A stretch of DNA of 64,000 nucleotides, from NCBI GenBank assembly GCA_028279245.1, contig JANQOE010000004.1, forward strand, positions 31,724 to 95,723, in the 5' to 3' direction. Positions 42,131-51,900 of this stretch are shown in pieces; within the stretch, counting starts at the first letter, position 1, and every line of letters starts with the position of its first letter. Made by a program: the position numbers and the translations under genes. The notes beneath the pieces are model-generated. The model was not told where the DNA came from, did no database searches, and saw only the letters and a program-made list of their open reading frames with translations. Source of the stretch: Alphaproteobacteria bacterium (GTDB lineage: Bacteria; Pseudomonadota; Alphaproteobacteria; UBA6615).

Positions 42131-43237
42131 TCAGACCGTGGCGACAAGCCCGCCGGGCTGCCGTTGGATATGTCCGGCCAGTTCCTGCTCCAGTAGGATC
42201 TGTTGGACGACGGAGGCGGGCAAATCGCATTGTCGGACGATTTCGTCAATCGAAACCGGGCTCGGCGAGAGACATTCCATAATCTCGCCACGGGCGTCAT
42301 CGGCCACTTCAAAGGGGCCAGCGACGACTTCTGACATGGTTGATCTGGGGCTTGGTGTGGTTTGGGTCATGGGTAAGAGAGTGTCGGTAACATCTTGTGC
42401 ACATTCGGTTAACGATGCTCCCTCCCGGATCAGGCGGTTGGTGCCCCGGCAGCGTTCGTCGAGCGGCGATCCGGGGACGGCGAAGACCTCCCGTCCCTGC
42501 TCCAATGCCAGACGGGCGGTGATCAAAGACCCGGACCGGCGGGCCGCCTCGACCACGACAACCCCGAGGCTCAGCCCGGCAATTATTCTGTTACGGCGCG
42601 GGAAGTGGCGGGCTTGGGGCTCGGTGCCAAGCGGCAGTTCCGAGACAATGGCCCCCTCTACCGCCAGTTGCTCATAGATCGCCCGGTTTTCCTGCGGATA
42701 GAGGACGTCCGCGCCGCCGCCGAGCACGGCCACGCTGCCGGTCCGCAGGCTGCCCCGGTGGGCGGCGGCGTCGATACCGCGCGCGAGGCCGGACGCGACG
42801 ACCCAATCGGCGGTGCCCAGGTCCATCGCCATGCGCTCCGCGAACTTGCGGCCGTTGAGCGAGGCGTTGCGGGCACCAACGATGGCCACGGTCGGGCGAC
42901 CGAGCAGTTCGGTGCGGCCGATGACGTGGAGGACCGGCGGCGCATCCTCGATTTCCTCCAGTGGGGCCGGGTAGCCCTCGCCGCCGAAGAAGACTGCGCT
43001 GATACCACGCTGCTCCAGCAACGCTAGCTCTCGTCCGGCGTCGTCGCGCCCGCAGATGCGGATTTCGCGCCGTTGGCCGCCACGCCGGATCAAGCCGGGC
43101 AGGGCGTCTATTGCGGCGGCCGCGGTGCCGTAATGCCGCAGGAGTTGGCGAAAGGTGATCGGGCCGACATTCTCCGACCGGATCAACCGCAACCGGGCCA
43201 GCTTCTCTTCGGCGTTGAGACCCGGCATCGCCGTCAA
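42131..43237 (-). CDS. dprA: DNA-processing protein DprA
   Basis: VAIVGAR, SGLARGID, FPRRNRII, SGSLITA, PGSPLD. Confidence 0.95.
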   Translation of the reverse strand: MTAMPGLNAEEKLARLRLIRSENVGPITFRQLLRHYGTAAAAIDALPGLIRRGGQRREIRICGRDDAGRELALLEQRGISAVFFGGEGYPAPLEEIEDAPPVLHVIGRTELLGRPTVAIVGARNASLNGRKFAERMAMDLGTADWVVASGLARGIDAAAHRGSLRTGSVAVLGGGADVLYPQENRAIYEQLAVEGAIVSELPLGTEPQARHFPRRNRIIAGLSLGVVVVEAARRSGSLITARLALEQGREVFAVPGSPLDERCRGTNRLIREGASLTECAQDVTDTLLPMTQTTPSPRSTMSEVVAGPFEVADDARGEIMECLSPSPVSIDEIVRQCDLPASVVQQILLEQELAGHIQRQPGGLVATV

Positions 43238-43908
43238 CTCTTACTGAGGCGGATCTTGGATTCGGTGCCGCTGAGCAGCCGGCGGATGTTCCCCGCATGC
43301 TTCATGTAAATCAGGACAGCAAGGATGATGGCGATTCCGCCGGCCTGGGGGTCGACCAGATGCCAGGCGTAGATCGGCGTCACGAGGGCGGTTGTCAGTG
43401 CGGCGAGGGACGAATAACGGAAGATCGTTGCCACCAGGAGCCAGGTGGCGAACCCGGCCAGGGCCGCTGGCCACCCAACGGCGATTAGCACGCCAAATGC
43501 TGTGGCGACGCCCTTGCCGCCGCGGAACCGGAGCCAGATAGGGAACATATGTCCGAGCACGACGGCGATGGAGCCGAAGTAGCCGATATCCGGTCCGCCC
43601 ATCCGGAAGGCGAGTACTGCCGCCAGAAAGCCCTTGCCGCCGTCCAACAACAGAGTGAGTCCGGCGAGTCGCTTATTGCCGGTTCTTAAGACGTTGGTTG
43701 CGCCGATGCTGCCGGAGCCGATCTGGCGGATGTCGCCTATGCCGGCGTAACGGGTCAGCAGCAGGCCGAACGGGATCGAGCCGATCAGATAGCTGACCGC
43801 GAAGCCAAACGCGAAGATCTGCCAAAAGCGGATGACGAACTTCCAGTCCGGGATACTGAGGTTCGCCGCAATCGCCCCCCAGACGGAAAGAAAGAAGTTC
43901 GCGTCCAT
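43234..43908 (-). CDS. plsY: Glycerol-3-phosphate acyltransferase PlsY
   Basis: YLIGSIPFG, GSGSIGATNV, GHMFP, GGKGVAT, H..NIRRL..GTE. Confidence 0.95.
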   Translation of the reverse strand: MDANFFLSVWGAIAANLSIPDWKFVIRFWQIFAFGFAVSYLIGSIPFGLLLTRYAGIGDIRQIGSGSIGATNVLRTGNKRLAGLTLLLDGGKGFLAAVLAFRMGGPDIGYFGSIAVVLGHMFPIWLRFRGGKGVATAFGVLIAVGWPAALAGFATWLLVATIFRYSSLAALTTALVTPIYAWHLVDPQAGGIAIILAVLIYMKHAGNIRRLLSGTESKIRLSKS

Positions 43909-43912
43909 CGCG

Positions 43913-45208
43913 TCACATCTCGGGTGCCGTGTAGATCGTACGGCCGTCGACGACCGTGCGGAGAACCTGCCCTTGAACCAAACGTCCGTCAAACGGCGAG
44001 TTCTTCGATTTGGACCGTAGCGCGTCGGCATCGATCCGCCACGGGCGCCCCGGGTCAAACAAGACCAGGTCGGCGGGTGCGCCCGGCGCGAGGCGGCCGA
44101 CCGGCAGTCCCATGCGTTCCGCCGGAACGACAGTCACCTTGCGTAAGGCGTCCGGCAGGGACAAGTGACCGTTGTGGGCCAGCTCCAGAGTGAGGGGCAG
44201 CAAGGTTTCCATCCCGATGCCGCCAGGTGCCGCTTGGGCGAAAGGCAGGCGCTTCGAATCTTGATCCTGGGGTGCGTGGTCGGAGGCGATCAAGTCGATC
44301 GTGCCGTCCTTCAACCCTTCGACAATCGCCTGTCGGTCGTCCTCGCTGCGCAGCGGCGGGGTCAGCTTGGCGAAGGTGCGGTAGTCGGCGATCGACAGTT
44401 CGTTCAAGGCGAAGTTGGGTGGTGTTGCGTCGCAGGTGACGTCGAGACCGCGTGACTTTGCGGCCCGGATGCGCTCCACCGATGCCGCCGTGGAGATTGC
44501 CGCCGCATGGTACCGACCGCCGGTCATCTCGACCAAGGTGAGGTCGCGGTCGAGCATGATGGTCTCGGCCTCGCGCGGGATCCCCGGCAGCCCCAGCCGG
44601 GTCGACAGCTCGCCAGCGTTCATAACGCCATCGTCAACCAGGCTTGGCTCTTCGGGATGCTGCATCAGCAACGCGCCAAAGGTTGTGGCATAGCTCAGGG
44701 CGCGGGCCACTACCGACGCCTTACTGACCCCTACCGGACCGTCGCTGAAGGCGATGGCGCCGGCTTCTCGCAGCAGGCCGAACTCGGTCATTTCGTTGCC
44801 CGCCAGATCCTTTGTTATGGCGGCGTGGGTGAATACTTTAACAGTTTTGACTTCACGGGCGCGGCGGGCGACAAACTCGATCCCAGCGACGTCATCGATC
44901 ACCGGTTCGGTGTTGGGCAAGGCGATCATGGTGGTCACGCCACCGGCGGCGGCGGCTCGGCTCGCGCTGTTGATGTCTTCCTGGTGCTCGGCGCCGGGTT
45001 CCCGCAATTGAACACGGATATCGACCAGGCCGGGTGACAGGACGGCGCCGCCGCAATCGACGACATCGGCGCCCTCCGGCGTGGCGCCGTTGGCGATGCC
45101 GGGGCCGAGATCAGCGATGATCCCGTTTTCAGCCAAGAGGCCGCCGGGGGCGTCCAGGCCTGTGGCGGGGTCGAGCAAGCGGGCGTTGCGGTAGACTGTC
45201 CGCTTCAT
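43913..45208 (-). CDS. pyrC: Dihydroorotase-like protein, probably non-catalytic PyrC'
   Basis: PGLVD, GGVTT, PNT.P, PPLR, SDHAP, SKNSPF; the HxH metal motif is replaced by RVQ. Confidence 0.9.
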   Translation of the reverse strand: MKRTVYRNARLLDPATGLDAPGGLLAENGIIADLGPGIANGATPEGADVVDCGGAVLSPGLVDIRVQLREPGAEHQEDINSASRAAAAGGVTTMIALPNTEPVIDDVAGIEFVARRAREVKTVKVFTHAAITKDLAGNEMTEFGLLREAGAIAFSDGPVGVSKASVVARALSYATTFGALLMQHPEEPSLVDDGVMNAGELSTRLGLPGIPREAETIMLDRDLTLVEMTGGRYHAAAISTAASVERIRAAKSRGLDVTCDATPPNFALNELSIADYRTFAKLTPPLRSEDDRQAIVEGLKDGTIDLIASDHAPQDQDSKRLPFAQAAPGGIGMETLLPLTLELAHNGHLSLPDALRKVTVVPAERMGLPVGRLAPGAPADLVLFDPGRPWRIDADALRSKSKNSPFDGRLVQGQVLRTVVDGRTIYTAPEM

Positions 45209-46182
45209 AAAGCGCCGGCCTCCCGGACGCCGTGCGCCAGCAGGTCGAGGCACGCCATGCGCACGGCCACGCCCATCTCGACTTGTTCGTGGATAAGGCT
45301 TCTGTCAATATCGTCAGCGACTTGTGAATCGATCTCAACACCTCGATTCATCGGCCCCGGGTGCATGATCAGCGCGTCCGGCTTGGCGAATTGCAGCTTT
45401 TCATAGTCCAGGCCGAAGAAGCGGAAGTATTCGCGGATAGATGGGACGAAGGTGCCCTGCATGCGCTCCCGCTGGAGCCGCAGCATCATGACGATGTCGC
45501 AATCCGCCAGACCCCGGCGCATGTCGTGGAACACCTCGACCCCGAGCCGTTCCAACTCCGGCGGCAGCAGTGTTGGCGGCGCGACCACACGGACTCGGGC
45601 GCCCATGGTCTGCAGCAGGTAGATATTGGAGCGGGCCACGCGGCTGTGGGCGATGTCGCCGCACAGCGCGACCTGCAAGTCGCGTAGATGGCCGCGGCGC
45701 CGGCGGATCGTCAGTGCGTCGAGCAGAGCCTGGGTCGGGTGTTCATGACTCCCGTCGCCGGCGTTGATGACGGCGCAATTAACCTTTTCCGACAACAGCT
45801 TAACGGCGCCGGCATCGGGATGGCGGACGGCCAGGACGTCGGCGTGCATCGCATTGAGGGTCATCGCGGTGTCGATCAGGGTCTCGCCCTTCTTGATCGA
45901 ACTACTGCCGACGGAGATGTTGATGACGTCGGCGCCGAGGCGCTTGCCAGCCAGCTCAAAACTCGTCCGGGTCCGGGTCGAATTCTCGAAGAACAGGTTG
46001 ATGCAGGTGCAGCCGCTAAGAGTGCTCAGCTTGCGCCCGCGGCCCCGGCTTTGCTCGGCATATTCTTCCGAAAGGTCCAGCAGCTGGGAGATATCATCGG
46101 GGGATAGTCCCTCGATGCCGAGCAAATGGCGGTGCGGATAGGGCGGCGGCGCGGATTCTGGGGAAATCGGCGAGATAGCCAT
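45205..46182 (-). CDS. pyrB: Aspartate carbamoyltransferase catalytic subunit
   Basis: [32 protein letters not shown]. Confidence 0.97.
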   Translation of the reverse strand: MAISPISPESAPPPYPHRHLLGIEGLSPDDISQLLDLSEEYAEQSRGRGRKLSTLSGCTCINLFFENSTRTRTSFELAGKRLGADVINISVGSSSIKKGETLIDTAMTLNAMHADVLAVRHPDAGAVKLLSEKVNCAVINAGDGSHEHPTQALLDALTIRRRRGHLRDLQVALCGDIAHSRVARSNIYLLQTMGARVRVVAPPTLLPPELERLGVEVFHDMRRGLADCDIVMMLRLQRERMQGTFVPSIREYFRFFGLDYEKLQFAKPDALIMHPGPMNRGVEIDSQVADDIDRSLIHEQVEMGVAVRMACLDLLAHGVREAGAL

Positions 46183-46232
46183 CAAAACGGTCTTATACGG
46201 GCACCGGTGAGTCGCGGACAAGCCATCCAAGC

Positions 46233-46261
46233 TTGTTTTTTCGCACCTGCAGCATTAGCTA
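46233..46261 (+). promoter_or_regulatory. Candidate promoter for a leaderless Thr leader-peptide transcript (TTGTTT-17-TAGCTA)
   Basis: The -10-like element ends 6 nt before the leader ATG, and no SD precedes that ATG. Confidence 0.45.
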
Positions 46262-46267
46262 TCTCCC

Positions 46268-46345
46268 ATGATCGCGTATCTGGCTTCGACCACCACGGCC
46301 ACAACGACGACCCGCTGCGGCGGGCCGGGGCTTGGCGTGTGCTGA
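46268..46345 (+). CDS. Threonine-rich attenuator leader peptide MIAYLASTTTATTTTRCGGPGLGVC
   Basis: Control codons ACC ACC ACG GCC ACA ACG ACG ACC at 46289-46312, upstream of a terminator and the thrS gene. Confidence 0.9.
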   Translation: MIAYLASTTTATTTTRCGGPGLGVC

Positions 46346-46380
46346 TCGATAGCTGATACGCCGAAGCAAACGGCCCCGCC
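46319..46380 (+). promoter_or_regulatory. Antiterminator hairpin of the thrS attenuator
   Basis: GGCGGGCCG (46319-27) pairs with CGGCCCCGCC (46371-80); nested GCTTGGCGTGT (46330-40) pairs with ATACGCCGAAGC (46356-67). This sequesters the terminator 5' arm. Confidence 0.8.
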
Positions 46381-46401
46381 GGCAAACGGACGGGGCCTTT
46401 T
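46372..46401 (+). terminator. Intrinsic terminator (attenuator) upstream of thrS
   Basis: GGCCCCG-CCG / GCAAA loop / CGG-A-CGGGGCC followed by TTTTGATTCTT. Confidence 0.85.
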
Positions 46402-46447
46402 GATTCTTGGGCTCCCGTCCTCCAACCCCCTTCGAGAGGACACACCA

Positions 46448-47719
46448 ATGGACCCGAACGACCACCGAATGATCGCCAAGCGCATGGACCTTTTCCATTT
46501 GCAGGAAGAGGGCCTGGGCATGGTGTTTTGGCACCCTGCTGGTTTCGCACTTTACGAGGTGATCGAGAGTTTCATCCGCAGGCAGATGCGCGCGGCCGGC
46601 TTTCAAGAGATCCGGACGCCGCAGTTGCTGGACCGGGGCCTATGGGAGGCCAGCGGCCACTGGGACAAGTTCGGCGAGAACATGTTTGCGCTGGACGATG
46701 GTGAGCGCGTGCTGGCGCTGAAACCCATGAGTTGCCCGGCGCATGTGCAGATCTTCAACCATCGCCCGCGGTCGTTTCGGGAACTGCCGATGCGGCTGTG
46801 TGAATTCGGTTCCTGCCTCCGCAATGAGCCGTCCGGCGCTTTACTGGGTCTGATGCGGACCCGGGCGTTTGTGCAGGACGATGCCCACATCTTTTGCCTG
46901 CCCGAGCAGATCGAGGCCGAGGTGCGGAACTTCTGCGCGATGCTTGCGGAGATCTATCGGGCCTTCGGTTTCAGCGATGTCGAGGTCCGGTTCGCCAATC
47001 GGCCAAAACAGCGGGCCGGTTCCGATGAGGCGTGGGACATGGCCGAGGCTCGCCTGGAACGGGCTGCCTTGGCCGCCGGGCTCGATTTCGAGACCAGTTC
47101 CGGTGAGGGCGCCTTCTATGGGCCGAAGCTCGAATTCCATCTGCGCGACAATCGCGGCCGGCGTTGGCAGTGCGGCACTGTGCAGCTCGACATGGTCCTG
47201 CCGGAACGGCTGGGGGCGGAGTATGTCGATGCTGCGGACCGGCGGCAGCGCCCGGTGATGTTGCACCATGCCGTGCTGGGCAGTGTCGAGCGTTTCATCG
47301 GCGTGCTGCTGGAACATCACGCCGGCAAACTGCCGCTTTGGCTGGCGCCGGTACAGGTCGTGGTCGCCTCGGTTGGTGGTCAGCAGGCGGACTATGTCTC
47401 CAGTGTCGTAGATCGGCTTAGTCGACTTGGCTATCGCGTGCGGGCCGATGTCAGGGATGAGCGGCTGTCGCGCAAGGTCGTTGATGCCCGGGGAATCGGC
47501 GCGCCGGTGTTTCTCACCGTGGGCAAGAATGAGATGCAGGCGGACACTGTGGCGCTGCGGGAAAGCGATGGTAGTCAGACAAGCCTCAGCGTTGAGGGGT
47601 TAGACGACCATCTGCGCCCCAACGCCTTCCGTGAATCTTCGGGGGTTGCGTCTAGACCGGTCGTCATGGGGCACGGTTGGCGGCCTGTTTCAGATAGTCG
47701 AGGTATCCCTGGAGTATGA
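46448..47719 (+). CDS. thrS: Threonyl-tRNA synthetase, short form lacking TGS and editing domains
   Basis: Starts MDPNDHR at the catalytic-core boundary with SD GAGAGGA. Contains SGHW, KPMSCPAH, RNEPSG, QDDAH, GAFYGPK, QCGTVQLD, GSVERF and an anticodon-binding domain. Confidence 0.93.
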   Translation: MDPNDHRMIAKRMDLFHLQEEGLGMVFWHPAGFALYEVIESFIRRQMRAAGFQEIRTPQLLDRGLWEASGHWDKFGENMFALDDGERVLALKPMSCPAHVQIFNHRPRSFRELPMRLCEFGSCLRNEPSGALLGLMRTRAFVQDDAHIFCLPEQIEAEVRNFCAMLAEIYRAFGFSDVEVRFANRPKQRAGSDEAWDMAEARLERAALAAGLDFETSSGEGAFYGPKLEFHLRDNRGRRWQCGTVQLDMVLPERLGAEYVDAADRRQRPVMLHHAVLGSVERFIGVLLEHHAGKLPLWLAPVQVVVASVGGQQADYVSSVVDRLSRLGYRVRADVRDERLSRKVVDARGIGAPVFLTVGKNEMQADTVALRESDGSQTSLSVEGLDDHLRPNAFRESSGVASRPVVMGHGWRPVSDSRGIPGV

Positions 47720-48149
47720 ATGCCGCGGCCATCTTGTCCGTCACCTCGCTGCGACGTTTGCGCGACAGGTCGGCGTCGGCGACCAGGAGCCGCTCGACGG
47801 CGGCGGTCGACAGGCGTTCATCCCAGAACGCTATTGGACAGTCGATGATGGATGCGAGGTTGCGCGCGAAGTCGCGGGTCGACTGGCAGCGCGGCCCTTC
47901 GCTCCCATCCATATTCAGCGGAAGGCCCAGTACCAGGCCGCCAACCTGGTGTTCTTCGATTTGACTGCTCAACCTTGCGGCGTCGGCGCGGAACTTTGCT
48001 CGTCTGATTGTGTCGAGGGGAGTCGCCACAGTCCGGCTCGCGTCACTCAGGGCGAGGCCGATCGTCTTGGACCCCAGGTCCAAGCCCAGCAGCCGATCCA
48101 TCGGTTTGAGCCAATGAAGCAGATCGAGAGGGGCCTCTGCTATGGTCAT
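47664..48149 (-). CDS. ruvX: RuvX/YqgF family nuclease
   Basis: LGLDLGSKTIGLA, GLPLNMDG, WDERLST, DKMAAAFILQ. Confidence 0.94.
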   Translation of the reverse strand: MTIAEAPLDLLHWLKPMDRLLGLDLGSKTIGLALSDASRTVATPLDTIRRAKFRADAARLSSQIEEHQVGGLVLGLPLNMDGSEGPRCQSTRDFARNLASIIDCPIAFWDERLSTAAVERLLVADADLSRKRRSEVTDKMAAAFILQGYLDYLKQAANRAP

Positions 48150-48240
48150 TCTGCTGCCTTTCCTGCTGGTCTCGGGTCCGGACTAGTCATCCGGGGGCCG
48201 AACCTGTAGCATTTTCCCTTGAACCACACCGTGTGTTTGC

Positions 48241-48945
48241 ATGCGCATTCTTCTGGTGGATGACGACGCTGATTTCGCGGAAATGGTTCGCGATTATCTA
48301 AGCGACAAAGGGCAGCACGTCGCGATTGCCGGTGATGGGCAGGAGATGCGCGACTGCCTGGAGCGGGATCCCTTCGACATCGTTTTGTTGGATCTGGTGC
48401 TGCCGCAAGAGGATGGTCTCGTCCTTACCCAGTATCTTCGAGAGAATACCGACGCTGGTGTGATTATCTTGAGCGGCGCCGGGACTCTTGTTGACCGGGT
48501 GGTATCGCTCGAACTCGGCGCCGACGACTATCTGCAGAAGCCCTTCGAACTGCGCGAATTGCTGGCCCGGGTGAACAGCCTGCATCGGCGGGTCAGAGCC
48601 GGCCAGCGGTCGTTGCGGCAAGCCAAGGTTGCAGCTTTTGCCGGATGGCGCCTCGATCTGCAGAACCGGAAACTGTTCAGGCCGACCGGCGGCGAAGTCT
48701 CGCTCACATCGACAGAGTTTTCGCTGCTTCGCACGTTGGTGAGTCATCCGTTCGAGGAGCTCAGTCGGGAGGAACTCATGCGCGAGATCAAGGGACGTTC
48801 CGTCGAGGCATGGGGCCGGAACATCGATGTTCATGTCTTACGCCTGCGGCAGAAGATTGAAGCCAATCCGACCGAACCTGCCTTGCTTAAGACCGTGCAC
48901 GGCATTGGCTACACGTTCTGCGCCGATGTCGCGGAGGAAGGTTAG
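48241..48945 (+). CDS. OmpR-family response regulator (REC + winged HTH)
   Basis: LLVDDD, LLDLVLP, GADDYLQKPF, LTSTEF, RNIDVHVLRLRQK, TVHGIGY. Confidence 0.93.
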   Translation: MRILLVDDDADFAEMVRDYLSDKGQHVAIAGDGQEMRDCLERDPFDIVLLDLVLPQEDGLVLTQYLRENTDAGVIILSGAGTLVDRVVSLELGADDYLQKPFELRELLARVNSLHRRVRAGQRSLRQAKVAAFAGWRLDLQNRKLFRPTGGEVSLTSTEFSLLRTLVSHPFEELSREELMREIKGRSVEAWGRNIDVHVLRLRQKIEANPTEPALLKTVHGIGYTFCADVAEEG

Positions 48946-51900
48946 ACAGATAGAAGCGCCAGCGTGTCGGCTAGCTGCTCCTTGCTGAACGGTTTGGATA
49001 GGAACGCGGTCGAAGGGTCTCCGGCACCGATATCCCGGCGAATAGCCTGACCGGAAACCAACAAGATTGGTAGGGTCGGGATCTGGTTTCGGGCGGTCCG
49101 GGCGAGTTCAATACCTTCCATGCCGTTGCCGAAGACGACATCTGTTACCAGAACCGCAGCATAAGGGTGCTCCGACAGAGCGGATAATGCAGTCGACGCA
49201 TCGGTTGCTTGGCGGGTCTCATAGCCCAGCTCTTGCAGCCGCCGTGCCGTCAACGCCAACATGTCTGGCTGATCATCGACGACAATAGCAATGTTGTGGC
49301 GGGGTTCTCGCTTGTGCGGTGCGGTAGCAGGGGGCCGCTTCTGTTTGCCGGGAGGGCCACATGGGAGAACGAGTTGAACCGTGGTCCCCTTACCTTCCTC
49401 CGACTCGATTGTGAGTCCGCCGCCGGATTGACGCATGAAGCCATATACGACGCTTAGACCCAAGCCGGAGCCGTTCCGCTTTGTCGAAAAGAAAGGCTCC
49501 ATGATGCGCGGGCGGATCTCCGCGGGAATGCCGAGTCCGCTGTCCCTGAGGCTCAACACGACATACCGGCCAGGGTTCAGATCCGATCCAGGCTGGACCG
49601 TTTCGATTTCCAGATTCTGGGCTCTGATATCCAGCCGGCCGCCGTCGGGCATCGCGGCGCCGGCGTTCAAAGCGATGTTCAGCAAGGCATCTTCCAGCCG
49701 TCCCGCGTCGACCCAGACGGGCCAGAGCCCGAGCGGCGAATTGAGGGTCACCCGTGTTTTCGAACCGAGCGCGCTACGGATGACGTCTATGATCTCGCCA
49801 AGGATCTGGTTCGGCCTGATGGCGTCGGCCCGCAAACTCTGCCGGCGACCGACGGCGAGCAAACGTTCGGTCAGGGTGGCGCCGCGGCGCACGGCCCGTA
49901 AACCGGCCTGCACACGGCGCGTCAATTCGGGCGTCTCCCTGGTCTGCTCGCCGAGAATCTCCAGGTTGCCTCGGATGACGGCCAGGAGATTGTTGAAGTC
50001 GTGCGCGACCCCACCGGCCAGTTGGCCAATCATTTCCATGCGTTGGGCATGGGCGATCCGGTTGTCAGTGTGCCGGCGCTCCGTGATGTCCAAATTGAAG
50101 CCGGCCATGCCGACCAAGTCGCGGTCGGTATCGAACACTGGGAACTTGGTCACCTCGAGGATACGATCCTCGCCGTTTGGGCATTTCGAGATTACCTCCC
50201 GGGTAACCGGGTGCCGCGTCGCGCGGACCTCGGTTTCGATCCGTCTGTATTCTCTGGCGATCTTGTCCGGCAATAGATCCTGGATGCGCTTGCCGTAGAT
50301 ATCCTCGATCGGACGATCGAGGTTCTTCGCCAGCAGTGGGCTGGCAATCACGTAGCGGCCGTCCAAATCGTTCATGGAGATCGCGAACGGGAGGTTCTCG
50401 ATGAGTGCGCGAAGGCGCTGTTCGGACTGTTGTCGTGCTTCATCGGCCCGACGTTGTTCCGTCACGTCAACAGCGATCCCCGCTAAGCCAATCAGTGCGC
50501 CACCTGTGTCGAAGATCGGGAATTTTATGACGTCATGGAAACGTGTCTTGCCCGCCCGTTCATAGAGGATTACCTCGCGGGCTGGCCGCTCGTTCTCAAG
50601 GACCGCCTGATCGATGGCTCCTGTTCTGGCGGCAACCTCTGGTGCAAGCATATCAGCCGCGGTCTTGCCGGCGTAATCTCCACTATCCGGTTCAAACAAC
50701 GCCTGCCCCGCCGCGTTTACGAATAGGTACCGGCCGACCGTATCCTTCATGAATAGGGGGTGGGGCAAACTATCAGCGATCACCTGGAAGCGATGTTCGC
50801 TGTCCAGGCGGGCTTTCTCAGCTTCTTCCTGTTCAGTGATGTCTATGGCAACGCTAGCAAGGCCGATCATTTGGCCGGCATGATCGAAAACCGGGAACTT
50901 TGTGACGTCCAGCACCCGGTTTGAACCATCGTCCAGTGTGAACCACGAGCGATAGCGAAGCGATCGCTGCTTGTTCATGACATGACGGTCGGCGGCTCTT
51001 GATCGACGCGCCGCGCCTGCAGGGAACATGTCAGACGCCGTCTTGCCGATGACACCCTCTGGCGGGTCAGTTACGCGAAATGTCTTGCAGAATGCAGAAT
51101 TGACGAGAGTGTATCGACCCGCGGGGTCCTTCATTGCCAGCGAATAGGGCAAATTATCTATGAGGATCCGAAACCGCTTCTCAGTGTCTGCCAACTTCTG
51201 CTTGAAGTGATAACGTTCGCTGACGTCAACGTTGATGCCTCCAACGCCTATGATCTTACCGTCCCGTCCGAACACCGGAAACTTGGTTATTTCCAGATGA
51301 TGGGGTTCATCATCAGGGGGTGTTGAAACAAAGCTTCGATGGACTGGTTTGCCCGTCCCGACGACCTCGCGGTCGATACTCTGCGCCTCTTCGGTCTCTT
51401 TGTCTGAGAAGAATACACTAGTGCTGCGGCCAACGAGTTCCGGGCTTGACCGGCCTACAAAGCCAGCGAAAGCTCTGTTGACGAGGGTATATCTACCCTC
51501 CCTATCCTTCAGATAGGCGCCATGCGGCAAGCTCTCGATTAGTGTTTCAAGTTGTTGGTGTTCTTTCTCCAGGGCTCTGTTCGCGTCGTGAAGCCGATCC
51601 AACATACTGTTGAAAGTCCGGGCTACTCGGCCGACCTCGTCTCGGCCTAGGGACGGAGCCCGGACAGTGAAGTCACCGGCGGCGACAGCGTTTGCCGTCG
51701 ATTCGAGTGTTGCGAGCCGTCGTGTTATCAATGTGCTAAGCAAGAGCAGCGTGAGTACGCTGACTGCTGCGGTCGCCATGGCGAGAAGGAGGCCCTTCGC
51801 CACGACGGCTTGGCTGGCTGACTCCAGGAGGGCCGCAGACAAGACCACGGAAGCCGTACCGATCTGCTCGCCGCTGAGTGTGATCGGGGTTGTTAGGTTG

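Noticed and set aside
46182..46606. Three minus-strand ORFs across the pyrB-thrS gap, and the TTG-extended thrS start at 46400
   Set aside because: They overlap the attenuator and thrS. The ATG at 46448 has a clear SD, while 46400 lies in the terminator U-tract.
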